Origin: Octopus bimaculoides | Lineage: Eukaryota | DNA length: 64,000 nt | Assembly: GCF_001194135.2 (NCBI RefSeq) | Contig: NC_068981.1 | Span: forward strand, 144,078,552 to 144,142,551 | Direction of reading: 5' to 3' | In this document: positions 1 to 11,584 of the stretch, piece by piece | Layout of the letters: each line of letters begins with the position of its first letter | Numbering within the stretch: the first letter of the stretch is position 1 | Notes under the pieces: generated by a model | Seen by the model: only the letters and a program-made list of their open reading frames with translations | The model's database searches: none | Told to the model about the DNA's origin: nothing | Position numbers and translations under genes: made by a program

Positions 1-2
1 AT

Positions 3-59
3 CGGCTGTCGAACGCCGACGAAGGGAAATAACCCTGAAATCCGGATACGTTCGTGCTG
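3..59 (+). ncRNA. Minimal type I hammerhead ribozyme motif (U4C core variant)
   Basis: Stem I CGAACG(10-15)/CGTTCG(49-54); core CCGACGA(16-22); stem II AGGG/CCCT with loop AAATAA; GAAA(37-40); palindromic stem III ATCCGGAT; cleavage triplet ATA(46-48). Confidence 0.72.
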
Positions 60-545
60 CTGGCCGTGGTGAGAGGGATAACTCCCTTGGCAAACAGGAC
101 ACAGTCGTGTGTCGATAAGCCAGCTGGAGGAGATGTCCTCCTGGGGCTAAAAGCAACAGTAACATCCACCCCTAGGGGTCAGCCACACTTAAGTGGCAAT
201 ATACTACACTTTATATATATATATATATATATATAACATAATACAATATTATTATATTATATAATATTTAAATTTTAAACTATTACAATTCCTAAGAACC
301 GTGTTAGTAGAAGTTGAAATTTTATTTCATTAACTAAAGACAAAATGGTAGAGTAGTTGAACTGGTAGGATGTCAGACTAAATTATTATCGTAACGCAAT
401 TATTTAGGTCTACGTTCTGAATACAAATCTTGTTGGGACTATCGCTGCATTCATCGCTCTGGTGTTGCCGCAGGCATTGTTGGGGCTTTTCGTTGTTTTT
501 GTTTGTTGTTGCTGTTGTTGTTGTTGTTGTTGATGATGATGATGG

Positions 546-580
<35 letters not shown>

Positions 581-581
581 C

Positions 582-614
<33 letters not shown>

Positions 615-2176
615 AGATTAGGCCTAATACAATGCTCGAATAGACCTAAGATTGATCAAAAAAGCTTTCCAGGGGTGATCACACATATTTTTTTTTCTTT
701 TCTGAAAGAACTATTTTTTTCTTTCGTTTTAGGCAGAAATATATGATTCGTGGGACATTTTGGCAGCTATTTCTAACAGAATGGGTGACCACCTAGTGGT
801 TTCCTCGGAAAGTTATAGGTTCTGCCGTCAGATTCAATCGAATTTTTTTTTATTTATAACCTGAAGCATTATTTACATCATTTCAACTGAGAATTTTTAA
901 TTAATCTTATTTCCTTTTTCTAAGTTAAACATTATTCAATCTGTCAATTTGCCATAGAAGAATGCTAAAATAATTACAATATATGTGGGTTATCATTGAG
1001 ACTATAATAGATGTCTAGGTTTTGATAAATGAACGAAGTATGAGAAAGTGTCGTCACTTACACATATGCATTTAAATACATTGTAATTAATTGTAAATGT
1101 ACGTATATTTGTGTGTATAGATAGACAGAGAGAGAGACAGACAGACAGAGTGAGCGAGTGAGAGAGAGTTATGTACATACATTCTCATACATACACACAA
1201 ATGTTTGTATATATATATATGTGTGTGTGTGTGTTTACATATATTAATCGAAGTTTACAGTATTATATATATCCATTACAGCCGATCTTGCCAAGTCGGT
1301 TTCGCACCAGGGGTTCGATGCAGTGTTAGATAACAGCCCGATTATGTAACCTTGCGACCTTCAGAGAAGGCAATTTTGTGGGTGGAGGTATGTGTATGTA
1401 TTGAAGGGGTACTTTCACAGATGAGGACAGAAAGCCTATCCTGACATGACCTTGAAACAAGTTACAAACCAGGACGATAACAGAAAAGTTAAAGAGCAAA
1501 ACAAAGTCAGGGAGTATCGATAGTCTTCCGACATCGATGTGAAAAATGTACAAGAAAACTTGCCGAAAAAGGCGACAACAAAAAATGAGACAGACAAATA
1601 GCTGGCAAATTCACTTTGTCAGCCGTCAACAAGATATCCTTGCAAATTCGAAACTACATGGAAGCCGTCGTATATAATTCATAGATGTATAAACAAACAG
1701 GCACAGACACACACACACACACACAGACACACACACACACACAAGCACAAACAAGCATAAACTTATATGCGCATTTGAGTGTATGCATTTATATGTTTTT
1801 GTCATCTCGCCACTTCACAACTGGTCTTCTTAACATAGCAGTTTGGTGGATTTCAGCGACCGAATAAGCACTAGACGTAAATTAAGTACTATGGTTGATT
1901 TATTTGATCCACCCTACAAACGTGGTATTCAAAAATGGTCGCAGTCCAATGACTAAAACGAGTAAAACTGAAGATTCTTCAAATAAGCTCGTGATCTTCA
2001 TCAAGCTTATAATCCTTTCTTATTTTAGTACAAGACCTGGGGTTTTCCTTTGGGAAGGTGGGGTATGGGATCTAGACTATTACATCAACTCCAGGGCTCG
2101 ACTGGTATTTATTTTATTGACCTTAGAGGAATTTAACTGAAAATGTAAAGACAGACAAAATACCGCGAAAGCACAA

Positions 2177-2630
2177 GCGTGGCTGTGTGGTAAGAAGCTT
2201 AATCCCTTTGTCTGTCCTTGTTTGTCCCCTCTATGTTTAACCCCTTGTGGGCAATAATGAAATAAGAAGCTTGCTTCCCAACAACCTGGTTCCGGGTTCA
2301 GTCCCTCTGCGTGTCACCTTGGGCAAGTGTCTTTTACTATAGCTTCGGGCCAACCAAAGCCTAGTGAGTGGATTTGGTAGGCGGAAACTTAAAGAAGCCC
2401 GCCGTATGTATGTGTGAGTGTCTTTGTTTCTGTGTTTATCCTCACCACCACCATCACCACCGCTTGACAACTGGTGTTACGGCCCCGTAACTTAGCGGCT
2501 CGGCAAAAGAGACCGATAAAGTACCGAATTAAAAAAAAAAGTACTGGTGTCGATATATTCGACTAAAAGTTCTTTAAGATGGTGCCCCAGCATGGCCACA
2601 GTCAAATGAACGAAACAAATGACCGAAAAA
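2177..2630 (+). mobile_element. tRNA-derived SINE family A, interrupted by a 62-nt insert
   Basis: Head GCGTGGCTGTGTGGTAAGAAGCTT...GGTTCAGTCCC; body GGCAAGTGTCTT...GGAAACT; 3' part ending CATGGCCACAGTCAAATGA. Other copies at 11342-11500, 18398-18558, 28827-29020, 43855-44135 (-), 55870-56020 (-) and 57190-57310 (-). Confidence 0.85.
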
Positions 2631-2644
2631 AAACACTTTGCCTG

Positions 2645-4403
2645 GCGTGTTAACGATTCTTATTTCTTTACTGCCCAGAAGGAGCTAAACATAGAGGGGA
2701 CAAACAAGGATAGACAAAGGGATTAAGTCGATTACATCGATCCTAGTGCGTAACTGGTACTTAATTTATCGACCCCGAAATGATGAAAGGCAAAGTCTAC
2801 CTCGGTGGAATTTGAACTCAGAACATAAGGTCAAACAAAATACCGCTAAGCATTTCGCCCGGTGTGCTAAAGATTCTGCCAGCTCACCGCCTTAATACAA
2901 GTTAATGATAGTAACTTTTAATATGGACACACTGCCATACATTAATCGATTAGATTAATTCCAGAATTTAAATGATACTTTATTTTATAGGCCCCAAAAG
3001 AATGTAACTAATACTGAATCCAGCAGGATTTTATCTCAGTACCTAAAGAGATTCAATCAAATACTACAATGCATTTAATTCGTTGTCTTACACATTTAGC
3101 TACTAATTCCTTTCAATAATAATAATTCGTTAGGTGGTGAGCTGGCGGAAACGTTAGCACGCCGGGGGGAAATACTTATCCGTATTTCACCTGTCTTTAC
3201 GTTCTGAGATCAAATTCCCCTGTGGTCGACTTTGCCTTTCATCTTTTCGGGGTCGATAAATTAAGTACCAGTTCTGTACCGATATCGTTCTAATAGACTG
3301 GCCCCTTCCCAAAAATTTCGGACCTTGTGCCTGGTGTAGAAAAGAATAATAATAATTTGTTATTATAGGCGCAAAGCCTGAAATCTTTTGGGAAGGGGCT
3401 CGTCGAGCGCATCAACCCTAGTGCTTCACTGGTTCTCATTTAATCGATCCAGGGAGGATGAAAGGCAGAGTCGACCTCTACGGAATTTGAACTCAGAACG
3501 TAAAGATGGGATAAAATGCCGCTAAGCATTTTGCCCGGCGTGCTAACGATTCCACTAGCTTACCGCCTTAGCTTTCAATGATGATGATAATAAAGGTTTA
3601 TAATTTAGGCAAAAGGCAAGCAATTTTAAGGGGAGAGAGAGTAGTCGATAACATCGCCTATAGTACTTGATTGGTACTTTAGTTCATTGAGCACGAAGGG
3701 AAGAAAAGCAAAGTTGATATCAGCGTGATTAGAACTCAAAGCGTAAACAGCTAGAACAAATATTGTACAGAGCAAAGAAATTATTCCGAAGCTTTAACGA
3801 TTCAGCTAATTCACTGGCCTAATCAATAATAATTATAATGCCTTTCATCCTTTCGGGGGTCGATAAATTAAGTACCAGTTGCGTACTGAGGTTGATCTAA
3901 CCGACTGGCCCCCTCCCCCAAAATTTCAGGCCTTGTGCCTAAAGTAGAAATAATAATTATGATGACTTTCAAATTTGGGGACACGGCTAAAACTTTTAGT
4001 GAGGGTTAGTCGATTGCATCGATTCCAGTATTTGAGCCGCACTTTATTTTATTGAGACAAAGTTTACCATTGCAAGATTTGAATTCAAAACGTGAAAATC
4101 CAGAACAAATACCGCACGATATTTTGTCCGATGCTCTAACGATTCCGCCACCTATTCGCATTCAATAATAACAATAATAACCCTTTCTACTACAGGCACA
4201 TGGCCTGAAATTTTTTGATGGGAAGAAGTCTGGTCGATCACATCGATTGCAGTGCTTAATCTCGGTACTTATTTCATCGACCCCGAAAAGAATGAAAGGC
4301 GAAGTCGACCGCAGCAGCATTTGAACACAGATCGTGAAGACAGACGAACGAATGCTGCTAAGTGTTTTATCCGGCCCGCGAACGATTCTGCTAGCTCACC
4401 GCT

Positions 4404-4448
<45 letters not shown>

Positions 4449-6268
4449 GTGCTCATGGGAACTGCCCATATCCTACGTAAAATACTGTCTATGTGATCTC
4501 AAATTTTAAAACAAATTTTCTTATGGTTTCTTAAACATTCTCTAGAACAATACTATGTACAAATCCAAATATATGGTACCCTAGNNNNNNNNNNNNNNNN
4601 NNNNNNNNNNNNNNNNNNNNNNNNNNNNNNNNNNNNNNNNNNNNNNNNNNNNNNNNNNNNNGCAGATGACAACGTTTCTCTAAAAGAAATGGAAAAACTT
4701 TCAAAATACAAAGACCTGGAAATAGAGATAACTCGAATGTGGAATCTAAAAACAGAAACAATTCCTATCATAGTAGGTGCCTTAGGTATAATAAAAAAAT
4801 ATTCAGACAAATACATAACAAAAATAGCAGGACTTACAAATATATATAACATACAGAAAATTGCACTACTGGGTACTGCACACATTCTACGCAAAACACT
4901 TTCAATACAGTAAACATAAGAGCACCACAGCAAACCACAGCACATACCCAAGGCGCACAGAGCTGCGCTCGGTAGTGAAGTGAAAGCACGTTATAAAAAT
5001 AAAACTACTGAATAATAATAACAGCAGCAACAGCTACAACAACAACAACAACAACAATGGTTTCAAATTTTGGCCCAAGACCAGCAATTTCGGACAGGGG
5101 AATAAGCCGATTACATCGACCCCAGTGTCTAGATGGTACTTATTTTATCGACCTCCGTGAGGATGAAAGGCAAAGTCGACCTAGGAGGAATTTGAACTCA
5201 CACTGTAAAGACGGACCAAATACATCGATCTCAGTGCTCAAATTGTATTTTTTTCGACCCCCGAAAGGATGTAAAGTCGACCTCGGTGGAATTTGAACTC
5301 AGAGCGTAACAAACCGAAAGAAATTATACCTAATATTTTCTTTGGCGTGTTAATGATTCTGTCAGCTCGCTGCCTTAAAGTTCCAACTCAGCCAGTGTCT
5401 CATTTTAAGAAGCGATATGTTCCGTGCACCTAATAAAAAATGATCATAATTCTTTCTACTATAGGCACAAGGCCTGAAATTTTAGGGGAGGGGACTTAGT
5501 CGATTACATCNNNNNNNNNNNNNNNNNNNNNNNNNNNNNNNNNNNNNNNNNNNNNNNNNNNNNNNNNNNNNNNNNNNNNNNNNNNNNNNNNNNNNNNNNN
5601 NNNNNNNNNNNNNNNNNNNNNNNNNNNNNNNNNNNNNNNNNNNNNNNNNNNNNNNNNNNNNNNNNNNNNNNNNNNNNNNNNNNNNNNNNNNNNNNNNNNN
5701 NNNNNNNNNNNNNNNNNNNNNNNNNNNNNNNNNNNNNNNNNNNNNNNNNNNNNNNNNNNNNNNNNNNNNNNNNNNNNNNNNNNNNNNNNNNNNNNNNNNN
5801 NNNNNNNNNNNNNNNNNNNNNNNNNNNNNNNNNNNNNNNNNNNNNNNNNNNNNNNNNNNNNNNNNNNNNNNNNNNNNNNNNNNNNNNNNNNNNNNNNNNN
5901 NNNNNNNNNNNNNNNNNNNNNNNNNNNNNNNNNNNNNNNNNNNNNNNNNNNNNNNNNNNNNNNNNNNNNNNNNNNNNNNNNNNNNNNNNNNNNNNNNNNN
6001 NNNNNNNNNNNNNNNNNNNNNNNNNNNNNNNNNNNNNNNNNNNNNNNNNNNNNNNNNNNNNNNNNNNNNNGGGGAGCAAGTCAGCTAGATCGACCCTAGT
6101 GCTTGACTAGTGCTTAATTTATCGAGCCCAGAAAGATGAAAGACAAGGTCTATTTCCACGATATTTGAACTCAGAACAAAAAGACAGATGAAATTACGCT
6201 AAGCATTTTGTCCAGCTTGCTAGCAGCTCTGCGAGCCCGCCGATTAAGTAGTAGTAGTAGTGGTGGTG

Positions 6269-6304
<36 letters not shown>

Positions 6305-6496
6305 GTGATTTCAAATTTTGACACAAGACTAGCAATTTTAGAGATGCGCGATAAGTCGATTACATCAAAATAGTACTTATTTTATCGATACCGGAAGGAT
6401 AAACGGTAAAGTCAAATCCGGCGGAATTTGAACTCAGAACGTATAGACGGACGAGATCTCGCTAAGCTTTTCAACCGGCGTGCTAACGATTCAGTC

Positions 6497-6530
<34 letters not shown>

Positions 6531-6732
6531 GTTTCAAATTTTGCCACAAGGGCGGCAAGTTTGGGGGAGGGTGATGAGCCGATTACATCGACCCCAGTGT
6601 TCAACTGGTACTTATTTTATCGATCCCGAGAGGATGAAGGGATAAGTCAAACCTGGACGGAATTTGAACCCAGAACGTAAAGGCGAACGAGATGCCGCTA
6701 AGCATCTTACTCGTCGAGTTAACGATTCTGCC

Positions 6733-6735
<3 letters not shown>
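2645..6735. mobile_element. Dense cluster of 12 or more copies of tRNA-headed SINE family B in mixed orientation
   Basis: Recurrent head GGCGGTGAGCTGGCAGAATCGTTAGCACGCCGGG, B box GAGTTCAAATTCC and body GTCGACTTTGCCTTTCATCC, separated by (AAT)n. Confidence 0.9.
4449..5010 (+). mobile_element. Two 3' fragments of R4/Dong-like RLE non-LTR retrotransposons, separated by a gap (4585-4661)
   Basis: LMGTAHILRKILSM* and KxxKYxDL...IPIIVGALG...LLGTAHILRK* (ORF 4689-4913). Flanked by (TAA)n. Confidence 0.85.
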
Positions 6736-6774
<39 letters not shown>

Positions 6775-6775
<1 letters not shown>

Positions 6776-6945
6776 TAACAAATATATATAACATGCAGAA
6801 AATTGCACTACTGGGCACTGCACACATCCTACGCAAAACACTTTCAATACAGTAACCATAAGAGCACCACAGCAAACCACAGCACATACCCAAGGCGCAC
6901 AGAGCTGCGCTCGGTAGTGAAGTGAAAGCACGTTATAAAAATTAA

Positions 6946-6946
<1 letters not shown>
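6775..6946 (+). mobile_element. 5'-truncated R4/Dong-like 3' end inside (TAA)n
   Basis: Nearly identical to 4840-5000 (QKIALLGTAHILRKTLSIQ* plus 3' UTR). (TAA)n on both sides. Confidence 0.85.
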
Positions 6947-7012
<66 letters not shown>

Positions 7013-7367
7013 TCTTAATTACTTACATCTCATAGTAGTTGCTCCAACGAACAGTCAAGCCCCCTTGGTTTGAAAACATCATTCCTTTCATTCTTGTTCC
7101 CTAATTTTTTGCCAGTTCTTTTCATGCTGAAATACAATTCCTTGTCATCCAGTTGTCAAATAAACCATTTTTGCATTCTTTTTCGTTTGACTTTTATTTT
7201 TATTTTTTTTATTTTATTATTGCTTCTTTTCCCTTTCTCACTTATCTCTCCTCTCCCCTCTCCCTTTCTCGGTGGTAGGCTTAACAGTCTTCAATATTCT
7301 TTCATTTGTTAGTGATGCAACAATAGACTATCACACATGGAGGCTGTTATAAGTCAGTATCTGTTAG

Positions 7368-7443
<76 letters not shown>

Positions 7444-7763
7444 GTATATGCACATGCATAATTATGTATGTATATATATATATATATATACACACACATA
7501 CATATATGTATGCATATATACTTGTGTGTGTGAGTGTGTTTGTGTGTGTGTGTAAATGCATATATAGGGGAGAGAGAGAGCGAGCGATTCTTGTGTGTAG
7601 GTGTTTAATGTGTTTGTGTGCGCTTGTCCGTGTGTGTGCGAGCATGTGTATATGAGAAAGAGAAAGAGAGAGAGGGAGAGAGAGAGAGAAAGAAAGAGAG
7701 ATAGGAAGAAAGAGGGGAAGAGAGAGAAAGAGAGAGAGGGAGAAAGAAATAGAGAGAGGGAGA

Positions 7764-7838
<75 letters not shown>

Positions 7839-7855
7839 TGTGTGTGTGTGTGTGG
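7368..7855. repeat. Compound microsatellite block (CA)n/(TA)n/(AG)n/(GT)n
   Basis: Directly visible. Similar SSRs at 502-612, 9875-9982, 14984-15140, 19511-19589, 20932-21006, 24363-24470, 37105-37190 and 38870-38920. Confidence 0.98.
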
Positions 7856-9872
7856 ACAAGAAATGTGGAAGATGGGTACGTCGAACATGATAAAACTGAA
7901 GCTGAAAAATCTAACATGGCCGACTGCACTCGAGGGAAAGAGAAAACTCTTTAGAAAAATAAACCCTTGGAAACTAAGAAGATATTTCTTGTTGCTGCCC
8001 GTCAGAATAAACTGGAAAAACAAATGTTTAAACTAGATAAAGGAAATGAAAGCAAATTAAAGAAGACAGTTGCTATTATTTCTAGTGAGTACTGAGAATA
8101 TATTAGCGTATCATTTGGCAAAGTCTTCTTCTGCCATTTACATTGCCACCACCTTGTTGTTAGAGACGGTGATGTGATAAATAAAAAGAAAGAATGGGGA
8201 ATCATTCTTGTTAAGAAGTGGGGTGGAGAGAAAAAGAAGGCAAGAGATAACAATGTTCTCATCTTCAACTTCCTCTCTTCTAGCCATCAAGAAAGTCTAA
8301 TATTGTTATTTATTTTTATATTTCTTTATTTTAGTTGTAGGTTGGTTCGTTTGGTTTTTATCGCTGTTTTTGTTATATTCGTTGTTTGCTTCTTTTTTTT
8401 ATTATTATTATTATTATTATTTTTATTATTTCTATTTTATATTGGGTTGTATTTGAGGTCAGCTGTTAAACTAGCAAGAACTTTTATTGCTTGTTCAAGC
8501 TAGTGTGAACGTGTTAAAGAGAAGTGTGAAAGATCAGCAGACATTTTTAAAGGAACCTTCCTTCTCCTAGTTTGGTAGTTCGTGGTGTTGTTTGACTTGT
8601 TATTCCTTCTAACAAGTAATAAAATAAACGTCCCATTTAAAGGCCTAGTGCGACCCCCCTTGTCTCATTTTCTTTCATCATGTGGTTAATTGGATGGTAT
8701 TAGCTCTTGCTTTCATAAGATTCATAGCGTCGAATGTCGTTTGCACTCAGCAACAGCATCACTCACAGAAATTCTCCAATCAAGTAAACCAGACATTCCT
8801 TCATCTCTCACTCTCTCACACTCTCCATCCTTCTCTCTCTCTCCCTCTCTCTTCCTTTGTTATGTCCATCCTTTTTTTTTTCTTACCTCGTTCCTTTCTG
8901 TTTTTCGCTCTTTCAGTTTTCCCAAACTTTCTTTAACGCTAATTCTTTAGTCTTTTCTTTCGTTGTTTCTCATTTGTCTTCTCAGTGAAATTAGATGAGA
9001 GAGAGAAACGTATGAAACCGAGAAACCACGAGAAACATTACAACCGGCAAGAAAGATTTCAGCTTAATTTCGGCTAAATCTTAAAGCATTACCAATCTGG
9101 ATATTCCGATTTTTAATTACCCTTCTATTATACTCTATAATGAAATTTAAGTCGCTTCTCTGACTAAATGGTCTTTCGTTAAATCAGCAACATTACATTC
9201 AATGTTTCTGTTCCATTAACTCCCATTTATGTTTGTTTTGTAGAGTTGTTGTTGTTGTTGGTTTTTGTGTTTCTGTTTTAACTTTGTCTATTTTATTCTT
9301 TTCATTGTTTGTTTTTAACCTTACTTTGACCTAAAATCATGCTTGAAACATTGTAAATGTCAAGTATCTTTAATGTCAGTAATTTTTAAATGGTTTAAGT
9401 TCTTAACATTTAAAAACCTTCTTTCGAAAGTTAAGCAAGCAAGAGTAGATAAGTCATATCAAGTATTGTAAGTACCATGCAAAAGATGCTCTCTTCAACT
9501 ATTCCAACAAAAAAAAAACAGTCAGAATTACGCAATAAGATCTTTACTTGATAATTCGTTTTATCCTCAGATTTATGTTAGTATATTCTTTGTAATCCTT
9601 GTTATCAAATTATATGCAAATAGTGAGAGTTATATGATAATTAAATACAGCACGTAATAAGAAAGGTGGAATTTGAAGTTATAACAAGAGCTGTGATAAC
9701 CACATCCCATACAATCTTAGTTAAAGAATTTTGACTTCAGCGTTTCGTAAGTCGCACATGACACTGGTAAGCAATACCAACCCTTGGAACAAGGTACAAA
9801 AAACACACAGGCCACATAGAGAACATTTCCTTCATCAGCTGCCACCATTATAACACCGGCGTTTCGAAGAGT

Positions 9873-9904
<32 letters not shown>

Positions 9905-10747
9905 TGTATGTATGTATGTATGTATGCATGTATGTATGTATGTATGTATGTATGCATGTATGTATGTATGTATGTATGTATGTGGCCTGCTTGTTATCAG
10001 TCGTGAATGCAAATCATTTCAATCATAGGTATGCTAGATTGTGGTTGAGCTGGAGTTAAACAACAACAATAATAATAACGACAACAATAACATATATATG
10101 AGCTAACGAAGAATCCTATAGGAAGTCGATTTTTCTGCTCGAAATAACAACCAANNNNNNNNNNNNNNNNNNNNNNNNNNNNNNNNNNNNNNNNNNNNNN
10201 NNNNNNNNNNNNNNNNNNNNNNNNNNNNNNNNNNNNNNNNNNNNNNNNNNNNNNNNNNNNNNNNNNNNNNNNNNNNNNNNNNNNNNNNNNNNNNNNNNNN
10301 NNNNNNNNNNNNNNNNNNNNNNNNNNNNNNNNNNNNNNNNNNNNNNNNNNNNNNNNNNNNNNNNNNNNNNNNNNNNNNNNNNNNNNNNNNNNNNNNNNNN
10401 NNNNNNNNNNNNNNNNNNNNNNNNNNNNNNNNNNNNNNNNNNNNNNNNNNNNNNNNNNNNNNNNNNNNNNNNNNNNNNNNNNNNNNNNNNNNNNNNNNNN
10501 NNNNNNNNNNNNNNNNNNNNNNNNNNNNNNNNNNNNNNNNNNNNNNNNNNNNNNNNNNNNNNNNNNNNNNNNNNNNNNNNNNNNNNNNNNNNNNNNNNNN
10601 NNNNNNNNNNNNNNNNNNNNNNNNNNNNNNNNNNNNNNNNNNNNNNNNNNNNNNNNNNNNNNNNNNNNNNTATATATATATATATGAATTAATCCTTCCA
10701 ATGAGAGATAAATATCATTTTATAATAACAGTTTACGAAAGAGCTAT

Positions 10748-10885
10748 TAATAGTTACATGCTTTAGGAATACAATAAATTGGCAGACTTATGTAATATGT
10801 CATGTATCTCCAAGCAATCTTTCAGTGGAGATACATGTTATATAAATCTGCCAATTTATTTTATCTCTAAGGCATGAAACTATTA
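10748..10885. repeat. Long fold-back inverted repeat (about 65-bp arms, 13-nt loop)
   Basis: Arms 10748-10812 and 10826-10885 share AATAAATTGGCAGA and CATGTATCTCCA in opposite orientation. Confidence 0.9.
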
Positions 10886-11537
10886 GCAGGTCTTTTATAA
10901 ATTGTATATATATATATATATATATCAACACAGTATCAAGGTTATGGTATTATATATTTTATGTGTGAACGTAAATAAGCTTTTCTGTCTGTATGTAAAT
11001 ATGTACGTGCATATGTATGTTTGTATGTATGTATGTATGTATGTATGTATGTATGTATGTATGCATGTACACCTATGTGCATATAAGCATGCGTGCATTG
11101 GCATACGTATGTAGAGCGGTCGGCAGGGTATTTGTGTGAGATGACGTCATTTTTACTAAAAAGAAAAACAATGTTGTGCTTTAGCCGATAAATAATATGA
11201 CCAACAGAACCAGAAGCAAGCATCATGAGTGGTTCTGCTTGTATTCTTATAAACAACATTGTTTACGCGTAGTGTACAAATAATACTTCATGAGAGCCAA
11301 CGTGAGAACTTGTGACTACTAAGATTAATCAAACTAACTTCGGCGCAGGCGTGACGTGTGGTAAGAAGCTTGCTACCTAATCACATGGTTCAAGGTTCCC
11401 TCCCACTGAGTGACACCTTTGGCAAGTGTCTTCTACTATAGCCTCGAGCCGACAAAAGCTTTGTGAGTGGATTTGGTAGATGGAAACTGAAAGAAGCCCA
11501 TTATATATATATATATGTATGTATATATAGATATACG

Positions 11538-11584
<47 letters not shown>

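Noticed and set aside
7337-8036. Low-complexity ORFs (HT/CV/ER/poly-N/poly-H), also at 430, 14918-15246, 19408-19753 and 36972-37247
   Set aside because: They are translations of microsatellites.
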